Positions 48,993 to 59,372 of a stretch of 64,000 nt of DNA are shown here, one piece after another. Every line of letters starts with the position of its first letter. The stretch's first letter is position 1. The notes under the pieces were generated by a model. That model was not told where the DNA came from, did no database searches, and worked only from the letters and a program-made list of their open reading frames with translations. The DNA is from an uncultured Methanotrichaceae archaeon (GTDB lineage Archaea; Halobacteriota; Methanosarcinia; Methanotrichales; Methanotrichaceae). Both the position numbers and the translations under genes were made by a program. The stretch covers positions 6,669 through 70,668 of the forward strand of contig CAZRYL010000002.1 in NCBI GenBank assembly GCA_964604285.1, given 5' to 3'.

Positions 48993-50219
48993 CTATATAG
49001 ATTTATCACTGCTCAAAAACTTTGCCCGAGCTTCGGCCACGCCCCTTGCCATGAGGAAGACCGCTGCATGCATTGGCACCTCTGCCGGGCCATCTGCCAG
49101 GCGAAAGCTCTCACCACGCATCTGTGTGCTGAAGGGCTTTAGCATCTCCAAGGGCACGGGATCATCCCCAAAGACCACGGCGTCTTCTAGTGGGTCGAAG
49201 TCTTCGAGGTCTGAAAGTGTTAAGGGTGTCACTCGAAAACCAGTGCCGCCGTGCAGGCTGCCAGGACATCGAATAAGCCTGCGCACATCAGCTGTGACGG
49301 GCTCGTCCGTCTCACCGCGCTCTTCTTCTATGCTTATGACTGCATTGACTTTTTCTCGTTCCAGGTATTCGCCAAGGAGGCTTCCCCACACTGCTGAGCT
49401 GTGCTTGAGAAAATCCAAGTTTCCCTTTTGTATTTCTTCAATGACTCGATCATCAAGGAGGCTTTGGTAAAAATCCGATGCCTTCTTTGGGCCTAGTCCC
49501 TTGGTTTGAGAAAGGAAATCCAATGCTTCTTCTTTATCCAAGCTCCTTATTTTGGTAACGAAAGATGATACGGAACGGTTAATCCTGTTGCCCCAGCCAG
49601 GGGATCCTTCTTTTGGAAAGGTCATCTTGGTGGCACTCTTAACTCCATAATCACCGCCAACTCTTACTTCGTAGATGAACCGATCGATGCTTAATCCGCG
49701 ACCTGTGAGATAATCCACGATCTCCCGGCGCTCATCGCTTCCAAGCGCAAAGATTCTAGGGTCGCGGACATGGATGTGGTAGCCTCGCCCCCCAGAGAAT
49801 ACAACGGTGATTTTGCTCTCAGAAAATCCGAAGTCAGACAAGAGAAAGGCCAGGAGCTTTTGGGTCTCCTTTTTTACCCGAGCGAGCATCTCGCCGTATG
49901 AGCTGGGGGCCTTGCGCAGATGATCAGCATCTAGATCAAATATGAGGTCAGCGCCCTGCCAGAGTTTCTCTTTCATGGTCGGTGCGCCTGGCCTCTGGTA
50001 GTAGGCGGCTGAATGATAGATGTGCCGCGGCACCATGCTGCGCACATAGTCCGCCAATTCGCCACGGTTGAGGTAGGATTTGTGGCGGCGCATGCCCGAT
50101 TCATCGAAGAACAGGAACCCCCATTCGCGGGACTCAAAGTTCGGCGGGAGATCTAGGGAGGATTCGATGTAATACTCTCTGAACTTCGAGATCAGAAAAT
50201 TTCGGGTCAAGGCGTTCAT
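48993..50219 (-). CDS. priS: DNA primase catalytic subunit
   Basis: REWGF, DLIFDLDADH, FSGGRGYH, DEPVT.D..RLIR.PGSLHG. Confidence 0.96.
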   Translation of the reverse strand: MNALTRNFLISKFREYYIESSLDLPPNFESREWGFLFFDESGMRRHKSYLNRGELADYVRSMVPRHIYHSAAYYQRPGAPTMKEKLWQGADLIFDLDADHLRKAPSSYGEMLARVKKETQKLLAFLLSDFGFSESKITVVFSGGRGYHIHVRDPRIFALGSDERREIVDYLTGRGLSIDRFIYEVRVGGDYGVKSATKMTFPKEGSPGWGNRINRSVSSFVTKIRSLDKEEALDFLSQTKGLGPKKASDFYQSLLDDRVIEEIQKGNLDFLKHSSAVWGSLLGEYLEREKVNAVISIEEERGETDEPVTADVRRLIRCPGSLHGGTGFRVTPLTLSDLEDFDPLEDAVVFGDDPVPLEMLKPFSTQMRGESFRLADGPAEVPMHAAVFLMARGVAEARAKFLSSDKSI

Positions 50220-50228
50220 AAAATCGCC

Positions 50229-50963
50229 TCAGTAAATCTCAGGTCGCCGGTCGGAAAAACAGGGAATCTCGTGGCGAGCATGATCTCTTTCTGCTAAATT
50301 CACATCGCCATATATCAAAGCCTCGCCTGATTCTGCTTCTTCCAGAATTTCGCCCATGGCATTGATGATCAAAGAGCTACCACCTTGGGCCCAGTTGCAG
50401 GCCAGGTGTGGCATCTGGTTCTCAATTGCTCGCGCAAGGCAGAGTGCACGCCACTGATGGCGCCGTAGCGCCGGAAACTGAGCTATTGTGACCAGGAAAT
50501 CCGCGCCCTGCAGCGCGAGCGAGCGCGCGACCTCAGGAAAGCGAAGATCGTAGCAGATCTGCAAGCCTACCATACCCCACTTTGTAGGCACAGGCGAGAT
50601 GAAATTGCCTCCCTGGAAGTGCTCCTTTTCTGGACCGAAGATATGGATCTTAGAGCGCAGCTCCAGGCCCTCGGAATCCAGGCAAAATCCGAGATTCTGG
50701 CATCCGCTTCTCAGGGAACCGATGATCAGGCACTCATGCTCCTGCGCCAGGGCTCGGAAGGGATCAAGAGTCGGGTTGGGCAAAATATCATCCGCGATTG
50801 TCTGCAAAGATGGCTCGTAGCAAAAGCCCGTCAAGAAAAGCTCAGGAAACACTAGGATCTTTGCGCCTTCGGCCAGGGCCATGCCTGCCATTTCCAGCGC
50901 TCGTGCCAGGTTGTTTTCAAGACGGCATGGCTCGACACGTTGCTGGATGCAGGCTGCACGCAT
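50229..50963 (-). CDS. Nitrilase-family carbon-nitrogen hydrolase
   Basis: FPEL, KIH, ICYDLRFPE triad, RAIENQ. Confidence 0.9.
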   Translation of the reverse strand: MRAACIQQRVEPCRLENNLARALEMAGMALAEGAKILVFPELFLTGFCYEPSLQTIADDILPNPTLDPFRALAQEHECLIIGSLRSGCQNLGFCLDSEGLELRSKIHIFGPEKEHFQGGNFISPVPTKWGMVGLQICYDLRFPEVARSLALQGADFLVTIAQFPALRRHQWRALCLARAIENQMPHLACNWAQGGSSLIINAMGEILEEAESGEALIYGDVNLAERDHARHEIPCFSDRRPEIY

Positions 50964-51069
50964 GACAAAAAAAGGCAGTTCAACGTATATTAAGGTGACA
51001 ATGGGATTGGACAGTGATTTGGGAAGAAGAATGCTTTATATCCAAAAACGCAATCATAGGCCCTCAGAT

Positions 51070-51939
51070 ATGAATCGAGACCTTAAGGCCCGCATCTATG
51101 GCATTCTTGAGCCAGGAGACGAGGACAGCAGGTACTTTGACCCGTTCATAATGGGCCTCATAGTGTTGAATGTCATAGCAGTGGTTCTGGAGACGGTTGA
51201 TTGTATATACGCTCGCTACTCACTCTTATTTCACGCCTTTGAAGTCTTTTCAGTGTCTGTTTTCACTGTTGAATATATTTTGCGTGTCTGGAGCTGCACT
51301 GTAGATCCTAACTTCAAAGATCCCATCTTTGGCAGGCTGCGTTTTATGGCAACTCCCCTGTCCATAATCGACCTACTGGCGGTGCTTCCCTTTTACCTGC
51401 CAGTCGCCTCAACTGATTTGAGATTCGTGCGAGCTCTGAGGCTCTTCCGGCTCTTTCGAGTGCTGAAGCTTGCACGCTACTCTCAGTCCATACAAACCTT
51501 CGTGGAAGTGCTCCGGCTCAAGAAGGAAGAGCTGATTCTGATGTTCTTCGCCATCCTGATATTGCTTGTGATCTCCTCCAGCCTGATGTACAATGCAGAG
51601 CACGATGCACAACCTGAAGCCTTCTCGAGCATTCCTGCAGCAATGTGGTGGGGCATAGTGACTTTGGCCACTGTGGGCTACGGAGATGTCTATCCCATAA
51701 CGCCCTGGGGAAAGTTCATAGGCTCGATAGTAGTGATATTGGGAATCGGCCTCTTTGCTTTGCCTACAGGCGTTCTGGCATCCGGCTTTACCGAGGTGCT
51801 GGCCAGAAGAAAGTGCGAGCCTATCTCGGCCAAAGATCATTTTGTCTGCCCGCACTGCGGCCGGTACATCGATGAGGACCTGCTCGCGGCAGCAGAACAA
51901 GGGTCGCATGACAGCCCGGTGAATAAATTGAAACGGTAA
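51070..51939 (+). CDS. 6-TM voltage-gated-type potassium channel
   Basis: S4 RALRLFRLFRVLKLAR, filter TVGYGD, C-terminal CPHC. Confidence 0.92.
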   Translation: MNRDLKARIYGILEPGDEDSRYFDPFIMGLIVLNVIAVVLETVDCIYARYSLLFHAFEVFSVSVFTVEYILRVWSCTVDPNFKDPIFGRLRFMATPLSIIDLLAVLPFYLPVASTDLRFVRALRLFRLFRVLKLARYSQSIQTFVEVLRLKKEELILMFFAILILLVISSSLMYNAEHDAQPEAFSSIPAAMWWGIVTLATVGYGDVYPITPWGKFIGSIVVILGIGLFALPTGVLASGFTEVLARRKCEPISAKDHFVCPHCGRYIDEDLLAAAEQGSHDSPVNKLKR

Positions 51940-51942
51940 TCT

Positions 51943-52518
51943 TCAGCAAGATGCAGCCGGATAAAAATCATGACCAATATCGACCTTAACCATCATGGCC
52001 TCATGTATTTTCCTGGCATCGCAAGCGCTCAGGGCCTCCTTTGCGCTGACAGCTCTGCCTGTGGCAATGTATATCTTGATGCAATCCCAAATTATCGTGA
52101 TGTCTCGCGGCAGTTTAATGCAACGGGGCAGATGATGCTCATTCATGTTCCTGGCGATCCTGCATCCTCCACCCGTTTCGTCTCTATTGGTGCATCTCAA
52201 ATTGCAGAAGGCCACTGTTTTGAGAAGCACCACTCCGACGTCGATTTCATAAGGAGGGTCGGATATGCTCCGCGAATACACCGCCGCGGCCATGGCAAAT
52301 GAGGATAGGTTCTCTATTGTTCCCTTTGACCATCTGCTCTTCAAGTAATTCATGATTCGCGGAGAAATTTCCTTCTCTGCCTGCTCCACAAGGGCACGAT
52401 AACCTTTTGCCGTGGGCATCAACAGGATTTGGTCAAATTCAAACTCCTTGCCGGTCACCTGGCTGTCTATCAGCTTCGCAATATTCTCTCCATATCTATC
52501 TGATTGATCTCCCATCAT
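51943..52518 (-). CDS. Hypothetical protein with Cys cluster
   Basis: 191-aa ORF co-oriented with the alkD-like gene; CNLRC...C...C. Confidence 0.55.
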   Translation of the reverse strand: MMGDQSDRYGENIAKLIDSQVTGKEFEFDQILLMPTAKGYRALVEQAEKEISPRIMNYLKSRWSKGTIENLSSFAMAAAVYSRSISDPPYEIDVGVVLLKTVAFCNLRCTNRDETGGGCRIARNMNEHHLPRCIKLPRDITIIWDCIKIYIATGRAVSAKEALSACDARKIHEAMMVKVDIGHDFYPAASC

Positions 52519-52553
52519 GCCCCACTGAAAATTGAAATTCTGTGCACCTCATT

Positions 52554-53264
52554 TTATCTTTGCATCGCTCTCTTTCTCATCTCCGGCGGCATCTTCTCAA
52601 GTGCGTAGCGCAGTGCTGTCCTGGGCATCTTCTCCTTTCTATTCATTATGTACTCGAAGATCTCTTGCTGGTGTTTCTTGCTCGCCTCTTTAAGCATCCA
52701 GCCGTAGCCTTTCTGCACAAGGTCATCCCTGTCCTGTAGCAGAATCTCCGAGATCTCCAGCACATCTTCCAGGAAAGACCCTCTTCTGGCATGAAGTATC
52801 AAACTCACAGCCGAAGCCCTTCGCATCCAGCGGTTCTCCGAGCGCGCCCAGTCTTTTAGCTTATTTAAGAACTCCGGATACATCTCAAGGAAGCTGCCGA
52901 TGGTGTGGTTGCAGAGCGTGTCGCATTTCGCCCAGTTGTCGACGTACTCTAAGATCCATCTCTCAAAGACATAAAAGTCAGCAGGTTCGTATCTCTTTTG
53001 GATCAAGTATGACCATTCAAAGGCTATGAACGCCTCTTCGTTGTAGTTTGTCTCCAGAAGTTTTTCGCACAATGAGAATATTTCCTGTTTATCATTCTCG
53101 TTTATCAGCCGAAAGTATTTTGCCGCGATTTTCTTGACCTGGGCAGCCTTTACTCCGTGAGATTTGACGTGCTCCTTGAAGAAGCGTTGTGCGCCATCCC
53201 TGGTCTTCTCATCTATGTTTTGCACGAGCTCCTGTCTTATTGTCACCAAAACATCCTGCTGCAT
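52554..53264 (-). CDS. DNA alkylation repair protein, AlkD-like HEAT-repeat family
   Basis: DNWAKCD, WA.SENRW.RR, VQKG.GW.LKEASK, R.ALRYA.EK. Confidence 0.88.
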   Translation of the reverse strand: MQQDVLVTIRQELVQNIDEKTRDGAQRFFKEHVKSHGVKAAQVKKIAAKYFRLINENDKQEIFSLCEKLLETNYNEEAFIAFEWSYLIQKRYEPADFYVFERWILEYVDNWAKCDTLCNHTIGSFLEMYPEFLNKLKDWARSENRWMRRASAVSLILHARRGSFLEDVLEISEILLQDRDDLVQKGYGWMLKEASKKHQQEIFEYIMNRKEKMPRTALRYALEKMPPEMRKRAMQR

Positions 53265-53376
53265 CTTAATTTCTCCCTCTCCGATCATCTTTTTTGCCAT
53301 CGATTCCATCCTTTGGCCTTATCGTGATTCGAGCGAAAAGATCTTTTCCATTCGATTGAACGAATCACGGGATTTT

Positions 53377-54144
53377 ATGAGATTGTACCTTCTTTCGCCT
53401 GCTGCGGGAAAGCGCCTCATAGGGAGGGCGCTGGCCGCTCATCCAGCCATCCGATCGGCTCTTTCGTCTGGGACTGTAGCAATCATCGCCGGGACAACTA
53501 ACGGATATGTGGCCGAGGAGATCCTGAAGAGCATCGGTCAAGCAGAGGGCTTCTCGCGCAAGAGTTTCTTTCGCGGCATCGCTTTGCCGCCCTGGCGAGA
53601 GACGACTGCAGATGGGAGGCTGCCTGATGAGAGCGGCTTTTCCGGGGATGTGATAATCGACGGCGGAGTCTGGAAGCGGGGCAGAACCATCTTTGACGTG
53701 ATTGATGATCTGGCAGAGGGAGACGTCATCTTAAAAGGAGCCAATGCCCTGGACATGGAGCGACGAGCTGCGGCTGTGCTTGTCGGCCATCCCAGAGGTG
53801 GAACCATCCTTGCAGCAATGCAGGGTGTTCTGGGACGACGTGCGCGACTGGTATTGCCAGTAGGCCTGGAGAAGCGTGTTTTTGGCGATCTGATGGATCT
53901 GGCAGTGCGGCTGAACGCTCCAGGGAACTCTGGCCCCCGAATCTTTCCGGTGCCTGGACAGGTCTTTACAGAGATCGAAGCGATCTCAACACTGACTGGC
54001 GCAAAGGCCAACCTGGCGGCAGCGGGCGGCGTTTGCGGGGCAGAGGGATCTGTGTGGCTGGCCATCGATGGTAGCGAGCAGCAAATAGACGCGGCTGAAA
54101 GGCTCTTGAAGGACGTTTCCATGGAACCTGGATTTGAACTGTAA
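53377..54144 (+). CDS. Conserved hypothetical protein
   Basis: [36 protein letters not shown] motifs. Confidence 0.75.
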   Translation: MRLYLLSPAAGKRLIGRALAAHPAIRSALSSGTVAIIAGTTNGYVAEEILKSIGQAEGFSRKSFFRGIALPPWRETTADGRLPDESGFSGDVIIDGGVWKRGRTIFDVIDDLAEGDVILKGANALDMERRAAAVLVGHPRGGTILAAMQGVLGRRARLVLPVGLEKRVFGDLMDLAVRLNAPGNSGPRIFPVPGQVFTEIEAISTLTGAKANLAAAGGVCGAEGSVWLAIDGSEQQIDAAERLLKDVSMEPGFEL

Positions 54145-54165
54145 CTGCCCATCTTTTGGTCTTCT

Positions 54166-54864
54166 TCAGGTTACGATCTCATATGTAACTATCACGTAGG
54201 ATGTCACATCCACCATTCCTGTCTGGCTTGTGCTGTAGGAATCTGCCATCTTTACGTCGGGCAATCCATATGCAGAGATGCTCAGCACCTTTCCCAAGCG
54301 CGCTCCAGCTGCCAATGCCATTCGTTGGGCATTCTCTTTGGCATTCGCCACAGCCTTCTGTCGGGCATCGTCTACCGCTTTGCTGGCATCGCCAAGGCCG
54401 TATCCGGCCATGTAAGCCTTGGCTCCTGCCAACCTCGCTGCGTTCAAAACCTCGTTTATCCTGGACTGATCGGTGGTCTTGAGCCGGACGACTGCAGACC
54501 TCTCAAGTGAGGATGCCTCAAAGGTACTGTTCTCGCATACTGTGGTATTGTTTACCACCTTGCATACCTTGCTGGTGGACTGGTAACTCGTAACTCCAGT
54601 TGACTGACCTTGCATTATTTCATCATCTTTGACACCAATGGCTTTCAGAGCATCGATTACGTTGCTCATCTTACTGGATGCCTCGAATTGGGCGGCCGTC
54701 ATATTATCATTGCTGCTCGTCACAGAGATGGAAATGCTTACTGTATCTGCAGGGACAGTCGTGGTCCCGATGCCTTCGACGGTCAAGGTCGGACTCTCAG
54801 CCGCTGCCTCTGCACAGAGAACGACAATAAATATGATGCCAAATAGTTGAGCTGACCACTTCAT
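54166..54864 (-). CDS. SIMPL (DUF541) domain protein
   Basis: Signal peptide, V.G.G....PAD, AR..AV.NA...A..MA...G..LGKV. Confidence 0.85.
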   Translation of the reverse strand: MKWSAQLFGIIFIVVLCAEAAAESPTLTVEGIGTTTVPADTVSISISVTSSNDNMTAAQFEASSKMSNVIDALKAIGVKDDEIMQGQSTGVTSYQSTSKVCKVVNNTTVCENSTFEASSLERSAVVRLKTTDQSRINEVLNAARLAGAKAYMAGYGLGDASKAVDDARQKAVANAKENAQRMALAAGARLGKVLSISAYGLPDVKMADSYSTSQTGMVDVTSYVIVTYEIVT

Positions 54865-55126
54865 ATGATCCCCCAGAATGCATAGCCTTTAAATGTATTA
54901 AATCAGACGGTCGAATGCCAATCTTAAAAAGGCAGATCAAATGCCCTGAGATCTCGGGCTGATTTACCAAAATTTAATATAGATTCCGAGGAGAGCATAA
55001 TCGAAAAAAAGTTCAGATGAAGGGCGCTGTTCTACAATGGACTCTGACTCAAATCCTCATAAGCGCGATGCTGAGGTTCTGGCACTAGCCAGAGAGGGCG
55101 AACGGGTTGGCAGGGAAGGCAAAAGA

Positions 55127-55813
55127 ATGCTGGGAGAGATATTCTCCGAAGCCCTTGAGATCTACAGGAAGAACCCCATAATGATCGTTCCATCGTTGCT
55201 ACCCATTGCCGCACTAATATTTGGCATTGCATTCTTCGCCGGTTTCCTGGGGCTTGCTGCGGTCATTGGCGACTGGGATGGAATCATTGCCTTCTCAGCA
55301 GTGGGCGGGCTCTTGCTGTTTATAGTACTATTAATAGTCTTATTCTTAGTTGCAGAAGGGTTGACCATAGAGATGATCAAAGAGGCATCTTCGGGCAAAA
55401 AAGTAGACCTTAATTACGCCTGGGAGACCTCAAAGGGCAGGATGCAGCCACTCATTCTATCGTCCATTCTGGCCGGAATAATCACCGCAGCAGGATACCT
55501 GATGCTTGTCATCCCGGGCATAATCTTGAGCTTTGCATTGTACTTCGTGGCCCAGGCTGTGATGATTGACGGAAGGTCCGGCATTGATGCCATCAAGACG
55601 AGCTGGGGATTCTTTAGGAGCAATCTCTCAGACTCGATCATAATTATCATTGCTTCCATGCTCATAAGCATTGTACTTCAGGCGATTCCAGGCATAGGAC
55701 CTCTTTTATGCTTGATCTCGCTGCCCTACATCTATGCCCTGGCCACGCTGCTCTATTTGGACCAGGAGAAGACGCAGCCAGCAAAACCAGAAACCGTAGT
55801 GAGCATATCATGA
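55127..55813 (+). CDS. Multi-pass membrane protein
   Basis: Five to six TM helices, IPGII and AIK.SW motifs; alternative start at 55037. Confidence 0.7.
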   Translation: MLGEIFSEALEIYRKNPIMIVPSLLPIAALIFGIAFFAGFLGLAAVIGDWDGIIAFSAVGGLLLFIVLLIVLFLVAEGLTIEMIKEASSGKKVDLNYAWETSKGRMQPLILSSILAGIITAAGYLMLVIPGIILSFALYFVAQAVMIDGRSGIDAIKTSWGFFRSNLSDSIIIIIASMLISIVLQAIPGIGPLLCLISLPYIYALATLLYLDQEKTQPAKPETVVSIS

Positions 55814-55894
55814 ATTGCAACCTTATTTTCTTCTGCAAAGTCGCTTCATGAAACGACCATCATCTTTAATTTCAGTCTTTACATGCTTCTGCCC

Positions 55895-56698
55895 ATGAGC
55901 ACGATCGGAAAAGCGATCAGACTGGAACGCATTCTGGATCGCAAAACTCGCAGAACTGTTATAGTACCGATGGATCACGGAATATCCGTCGGCCCAATTT
56001 CTGGGTTGATCGATATGCCTGCCACAGTGGATATGGTGGCCGAGGGCGGCGCGAATGCAGTGCTGGGACACATGGGCCTGCCATTGCACGGCCACCGGGG
56101 CTATGGAAGGGACATAGGCCTGATAGTTCACCTCTCTGCATCCAGCTCCCTGGGTCCTGACCCCAACCACAAGGTTCTCGTGACGACGGTCGAGGACGCC
56201 ATCAGAATCGGTGCGGATGCTGTGAGCATCCACGTCAATGTTGGGGCTGAAGATGAAGCTGAGATGCTGCATGACCTGGGACGGACTGCTCGCACATGCG
56301 ACCTCTGGGGCATGCCGCTCATCGCCATGATGTATCCTCGCGGACCAAAGGTCAGGTCAGAGCACGGCGTGGAATATGTGAAGCTTGCAGCGCGCATCGG
56401 TTCAGAGCTTGGTGCGGATATCGTCAAGACCAACTATACGGGCTCTCCAGAGACCTTCCGGGAAGTCGTGAAGGGCTGCAACGTGCCAGTTGTGATCGCA
56501 GGTGGCCCCAAGATGGACACAGAAAAGGAGCTGCTGCAGATGGTCTATGACTCCATCCAGGTTGGCGGCGCAGGAGTGGCTTTCGGGCGCAATGTCTTCC
56601 AGGCAGAAAACCCCACGCTTCTGGTCAGAAAGCTCTGCGCAATCGTTCACAAGGGATACACTCCCAAAGAGGCTGGTGAGGTCTCCCTGCAGGACTAA
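55895..56698 (+). CDS. aroA': 2-amino-3,7-dideoxy-D-threo-hept-6-ulosonate synthase (DhnA-type aldolase)
   Basis: GK.IRLERI, PMDHG, AMMYPRG, GADIVKT.YTG, AGGPK, GRNVFQ. Confidence 0.85.
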   Translation: MSTIGKAIRLERILDRKTRRTVIVPMDHGISVGPISGLIDMPATVDMVAEGGANAVLGHMGLPLHGHRGYGRDIGLIVHLSASSSLGPDPNHKVLVTTVEDAIRIGADAVSIHVNVGAEDEAEMLHDLGRTARTCDLWGMPLIAMMYPRGPKVRSEHGVEYVKLAARIGSELGADIVKTNYTGSPETFREVVKGCNVPVVIAGGPKMDTEKELLQMVYDSIQVGGAGVAFGRNVFQAENPTLLVRKLCAIVHKGYTPKEAGEVSLQD

Positions 56699-56850
56699 AA
56701 TCCGGGCTGATCCTTGCCGGTTCATTTGCGAGATGCTGCCTGCAAAATAAATTGAACACGGGGGCAAAAGTAGCAATCAGGCAAAGGATGAGGCACTCGT
56801 CCCTATCTCGAGCGGTGGGACTTGCGGCTCTGTCCTTCGCAAAACAGTCT

Positions 56851-57852
56851 CTATCGCCACTTTGCGATCATAGACAGTGTAGCACTCTCTAACGTCTTTA
56901 TATTTGCGGGCTGCAAACTTGGCTTTGGCACTGTTATGAATGACATGAATGAGTAGTCCACTGGAACAGTTCTAACCTCAAAAATATTATTACCTGTATT
57001 TGTGTAATATGGGGTAAAGCTCATCCCGGCTACGATCGTCCCTGCATCTGATAAACCAACCATTGGCAATAATTTGCACTTGTCATTTGATAGAATGCTC
57101 AACGATCCTACCATGCTGCTGCCACTCGAATCCAGTCTTACACCGTCGTACCATTTGTTGTCTGCGCTCTCTGCATTGGTGTCTTTTTCATCTACTAATG
57201 ATTCTATCTTTACTGTCTTTTCTAAGTTTCGAACTTCTATATTGGAATAAAATCCATTTCCGGTTTCATCCACGGATGAGCCCAATCCCTCAGACGTTAT
57301 AGAATCAGGTGTGATGTGTGATTTGTCCTGATATCCCGCATTTTTCGTTGACACACGCTTTTGTTCTGCGGAATTGGAATTGGAATACGATGCGTCAATG
57401 GTGCCACTTGATATTTGTGTAGTAGCGCCTATTCCCATGGACACGTCATTGGATGCATCTAGCGTTTTGGACCATTTAAACAATCCGGATTGCGTTTCAA
57501 CGGATACATCCACATTCTTTTTATCGCCTCTTGACTTGGCTGCAACTACTGAATGGGAGAACTTGCCACTAGAACTGGTTGAACTGCCAGCGCCATCGGA
57601 GTGAATGCCATATGGAAATTCTGCAAATCCAGTGTACGGTAGCAGTACTGCAGAAGATTCATATTTGGCATTATCAACGCCGATATTCTCATGGGCAGTT
57701 GTCTCCGAATTGAATAGTGTAATGCTAACGCTGACCGTGGCATCGGCTGATAATGCCAAGATTGAGATTAGAATTACGCAAATAGCTGTAATCTTCCTCA
57801 ATGATTTTGCTTTTAATATCATTGCTACCCAACCTCCCCTCTTACAATACAT
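56851..57852 (-). CDS. Secreted Ser/Thr-rich beta-type hypothetical protein
   Basis: Signal peptide ending SADA; likely start at MILKAK. Confidence 0.65.
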   Translation of the reverse strand: MYCKRGGWVAMILKAKSLRKITAICVILISILALSADATVSVSITLFNSETTAHENIGVDNAKYESSAVLLPYTGFAEFPYGIHSDGAGSSTSSSGKFSHSVVAAKSRGDKKNVDVSVETQSGLFKWSKTLDASNDVSMGIGATTQISSGTIDASYSNSNSAEQKRVSTKNAGYQDKSHITPDSITSEGLGSSVDETGNGFYSNIEVRNLEKTVKIESLVDEKDTNAESADNKWYDGVRLDSSGSSMVGSLSILSNDKCKLLPMVGLSDAGTIVAGMSFTPYYTNTGNNIFEVRTVPVDYSFMSFITVPKPSLQPANIKTLESATLSMIAKWR

Positions 57853-57859
57853 TTATTCT

Positions 57860-58525
57860 TTAACCTACCAGCAGAACTGAATTGGTACTAAGAGTACCTG
57901 TGTACTCCAAACCGCATTCGTTGATCGAGTCTATATAATCGAATCCATTCTCCCATCCAAAGCCCGATATATCTGAGATGGATGGATCATAAACAATATC
58001 CGATAGCGAGTCTCCAGTTAGCGTACTTGCAGCTCCAAAATCATATGTTTTTTCACCAATTGCTACAGTATTCATGTTGTAGCCGCCCGCGTTTTTGCTT
58101 GACAGTTCGCCACCGGATAGCTGCTGAATTGCAAATAAGTATGGTGTGAATGTGCTGGAATGAGTTCTGAACTGTGAAACTCTATAGCCATTCGCAGTCG
58201 GGTAGGTTTGTGTTAATGCAGCGACCATGCCAAACGATTTAGCTCCAGAAGCGGAAGTCAATACGCCTGTATTTATTGAAACAGACCGGCCATCAACAAA
58301 ATTGAAGTTTGCTTCAGTTTTAAAATCAAGAACTGTATTGTCGTCTCCTGACGCGCCGGTGGAAACTGTATACCCTCCACCAATATCTCTATTCAACTCA
58401 GGAGATTTAAAATACACATTGGTATACGTGAAGGTGCCAACATTTGTTTTAATGTTTCCTGCGCTAGCTACTGCGATACTACTCAGTAGCAGCGTGACCA
58501 ACAAGGCAGCCAATATCTTCGTCAT
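57860..58525 (-). CDS. Secreted hypothetical protein
   Basis: Signal peptide ending AVASA; Gly/Thr/Ser-rich. Confidence 0.65.
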   Translation of the reverse strand: MTKILAALLVTLLLSSIAVASAGNIKTNVGTFTYTNVYFKSPELNRDIGGGYTVSTGASGDDNTVLDFKTEANFNFVDGRSVSINTGVLTSASGAKSFGMVAALTQTYPTANGYRVSQFRTHSSTFTPYLFAIQQLSGGELSSKNAGGYNMNTVAIGEKTYDFGAASTLTGDSLSDIVYDPSISDISGFGWENGFDYIDSINECGLEYTGTLSTNSVLLVG

Positions 58526-58779
58526 CTATTCTTTCCCCCATGTTCTATCATCTTTGAAGCGAAACTCATTGGTGCTCGCTAAATTTCTCATCAAAGATGG
58601 TGGATCTTTCCAAGTCTAATTTAATAAATCTACAAGAATACTAAATTAGAAGAGATAAAACTAATATCATATAACTATCCTCTCACAGTACTTTCCAATC
58701 TTATCTATCGTCATGACGTTTGTCCCCTAAGGATTGGCCCAGCATTGACAGTTGACCTTTTTTGGATATCAGCATATCA

Positions 58780-59190
58780 TTAATTTGCAAAACCCTCTGC
58801 ATGTGATTGAGCAGTGGCATAAGCACTGGTATCCGTAACAATTGCATGATCGATTGTGTATGTGTTGGTCACAGCAAGGTTTGGTCCTTGAGCATAAGCA
58901 AATGCATTAGAGTACGCATCCGCCAATACAAAACTATCTATTAGTGCGAATGACTGCCCAGTTGAAGCTGAGATGGAAACGGGATCTATTTTTGCGTCTT
59001 CCCATGTCCAAGTAGAAGTCCAAGCTACAGAGAATGGGTCATAGTTTTTCATGCTCATTGCGCTTGCACTTGCGAATGCATCAGCACTACCCTTTGCTGT
59101 AGGTCTATGATTATTATGATTAAGACCCAAGGATGCTGAGCAGATCAATCCTAATATAAGGATCGGTATGACCAATCTTAATTTTCTCAT
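58780..59190 (-). CDS. Small secreted Ala/Ser/Thr-rich protein with two imperfect repeats
   Basis: Signal peptide; repeats ADAFASASA...AWTSTWT...QSFA and ADAYSNAFA...AVTNTYT...QSHA. Confidence 0.7.
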   Translation of the reverse strand: MRKLRLVIPILILGLICSASLGLNHNNHRPTAKGSADAFASASAMSMKNYDPFSVAWTSTWTWEDAKIDPVSISASTGQSFALIDSFVLADAYSNAFAYAQGPNLAVTNTYTIDHAIVTDTSAYATAQSHAEGFAN

Positions 59191-59372
59191 ATCTATTCTT
59201 TCCCCCTATTTTCATAATATTCTCTCTAGAATTACATCGAAATTACTCGTTGAATTCTGAGGGAACATTTGTCCCAGTTATCTACTTATGTCTAATTAAA
59301 ACTTAGGAAATGCAATTAAGAGGCAGTAATGCGTAATTCAATGCCTTAACTTAAAAACGGATCACTGGCATG

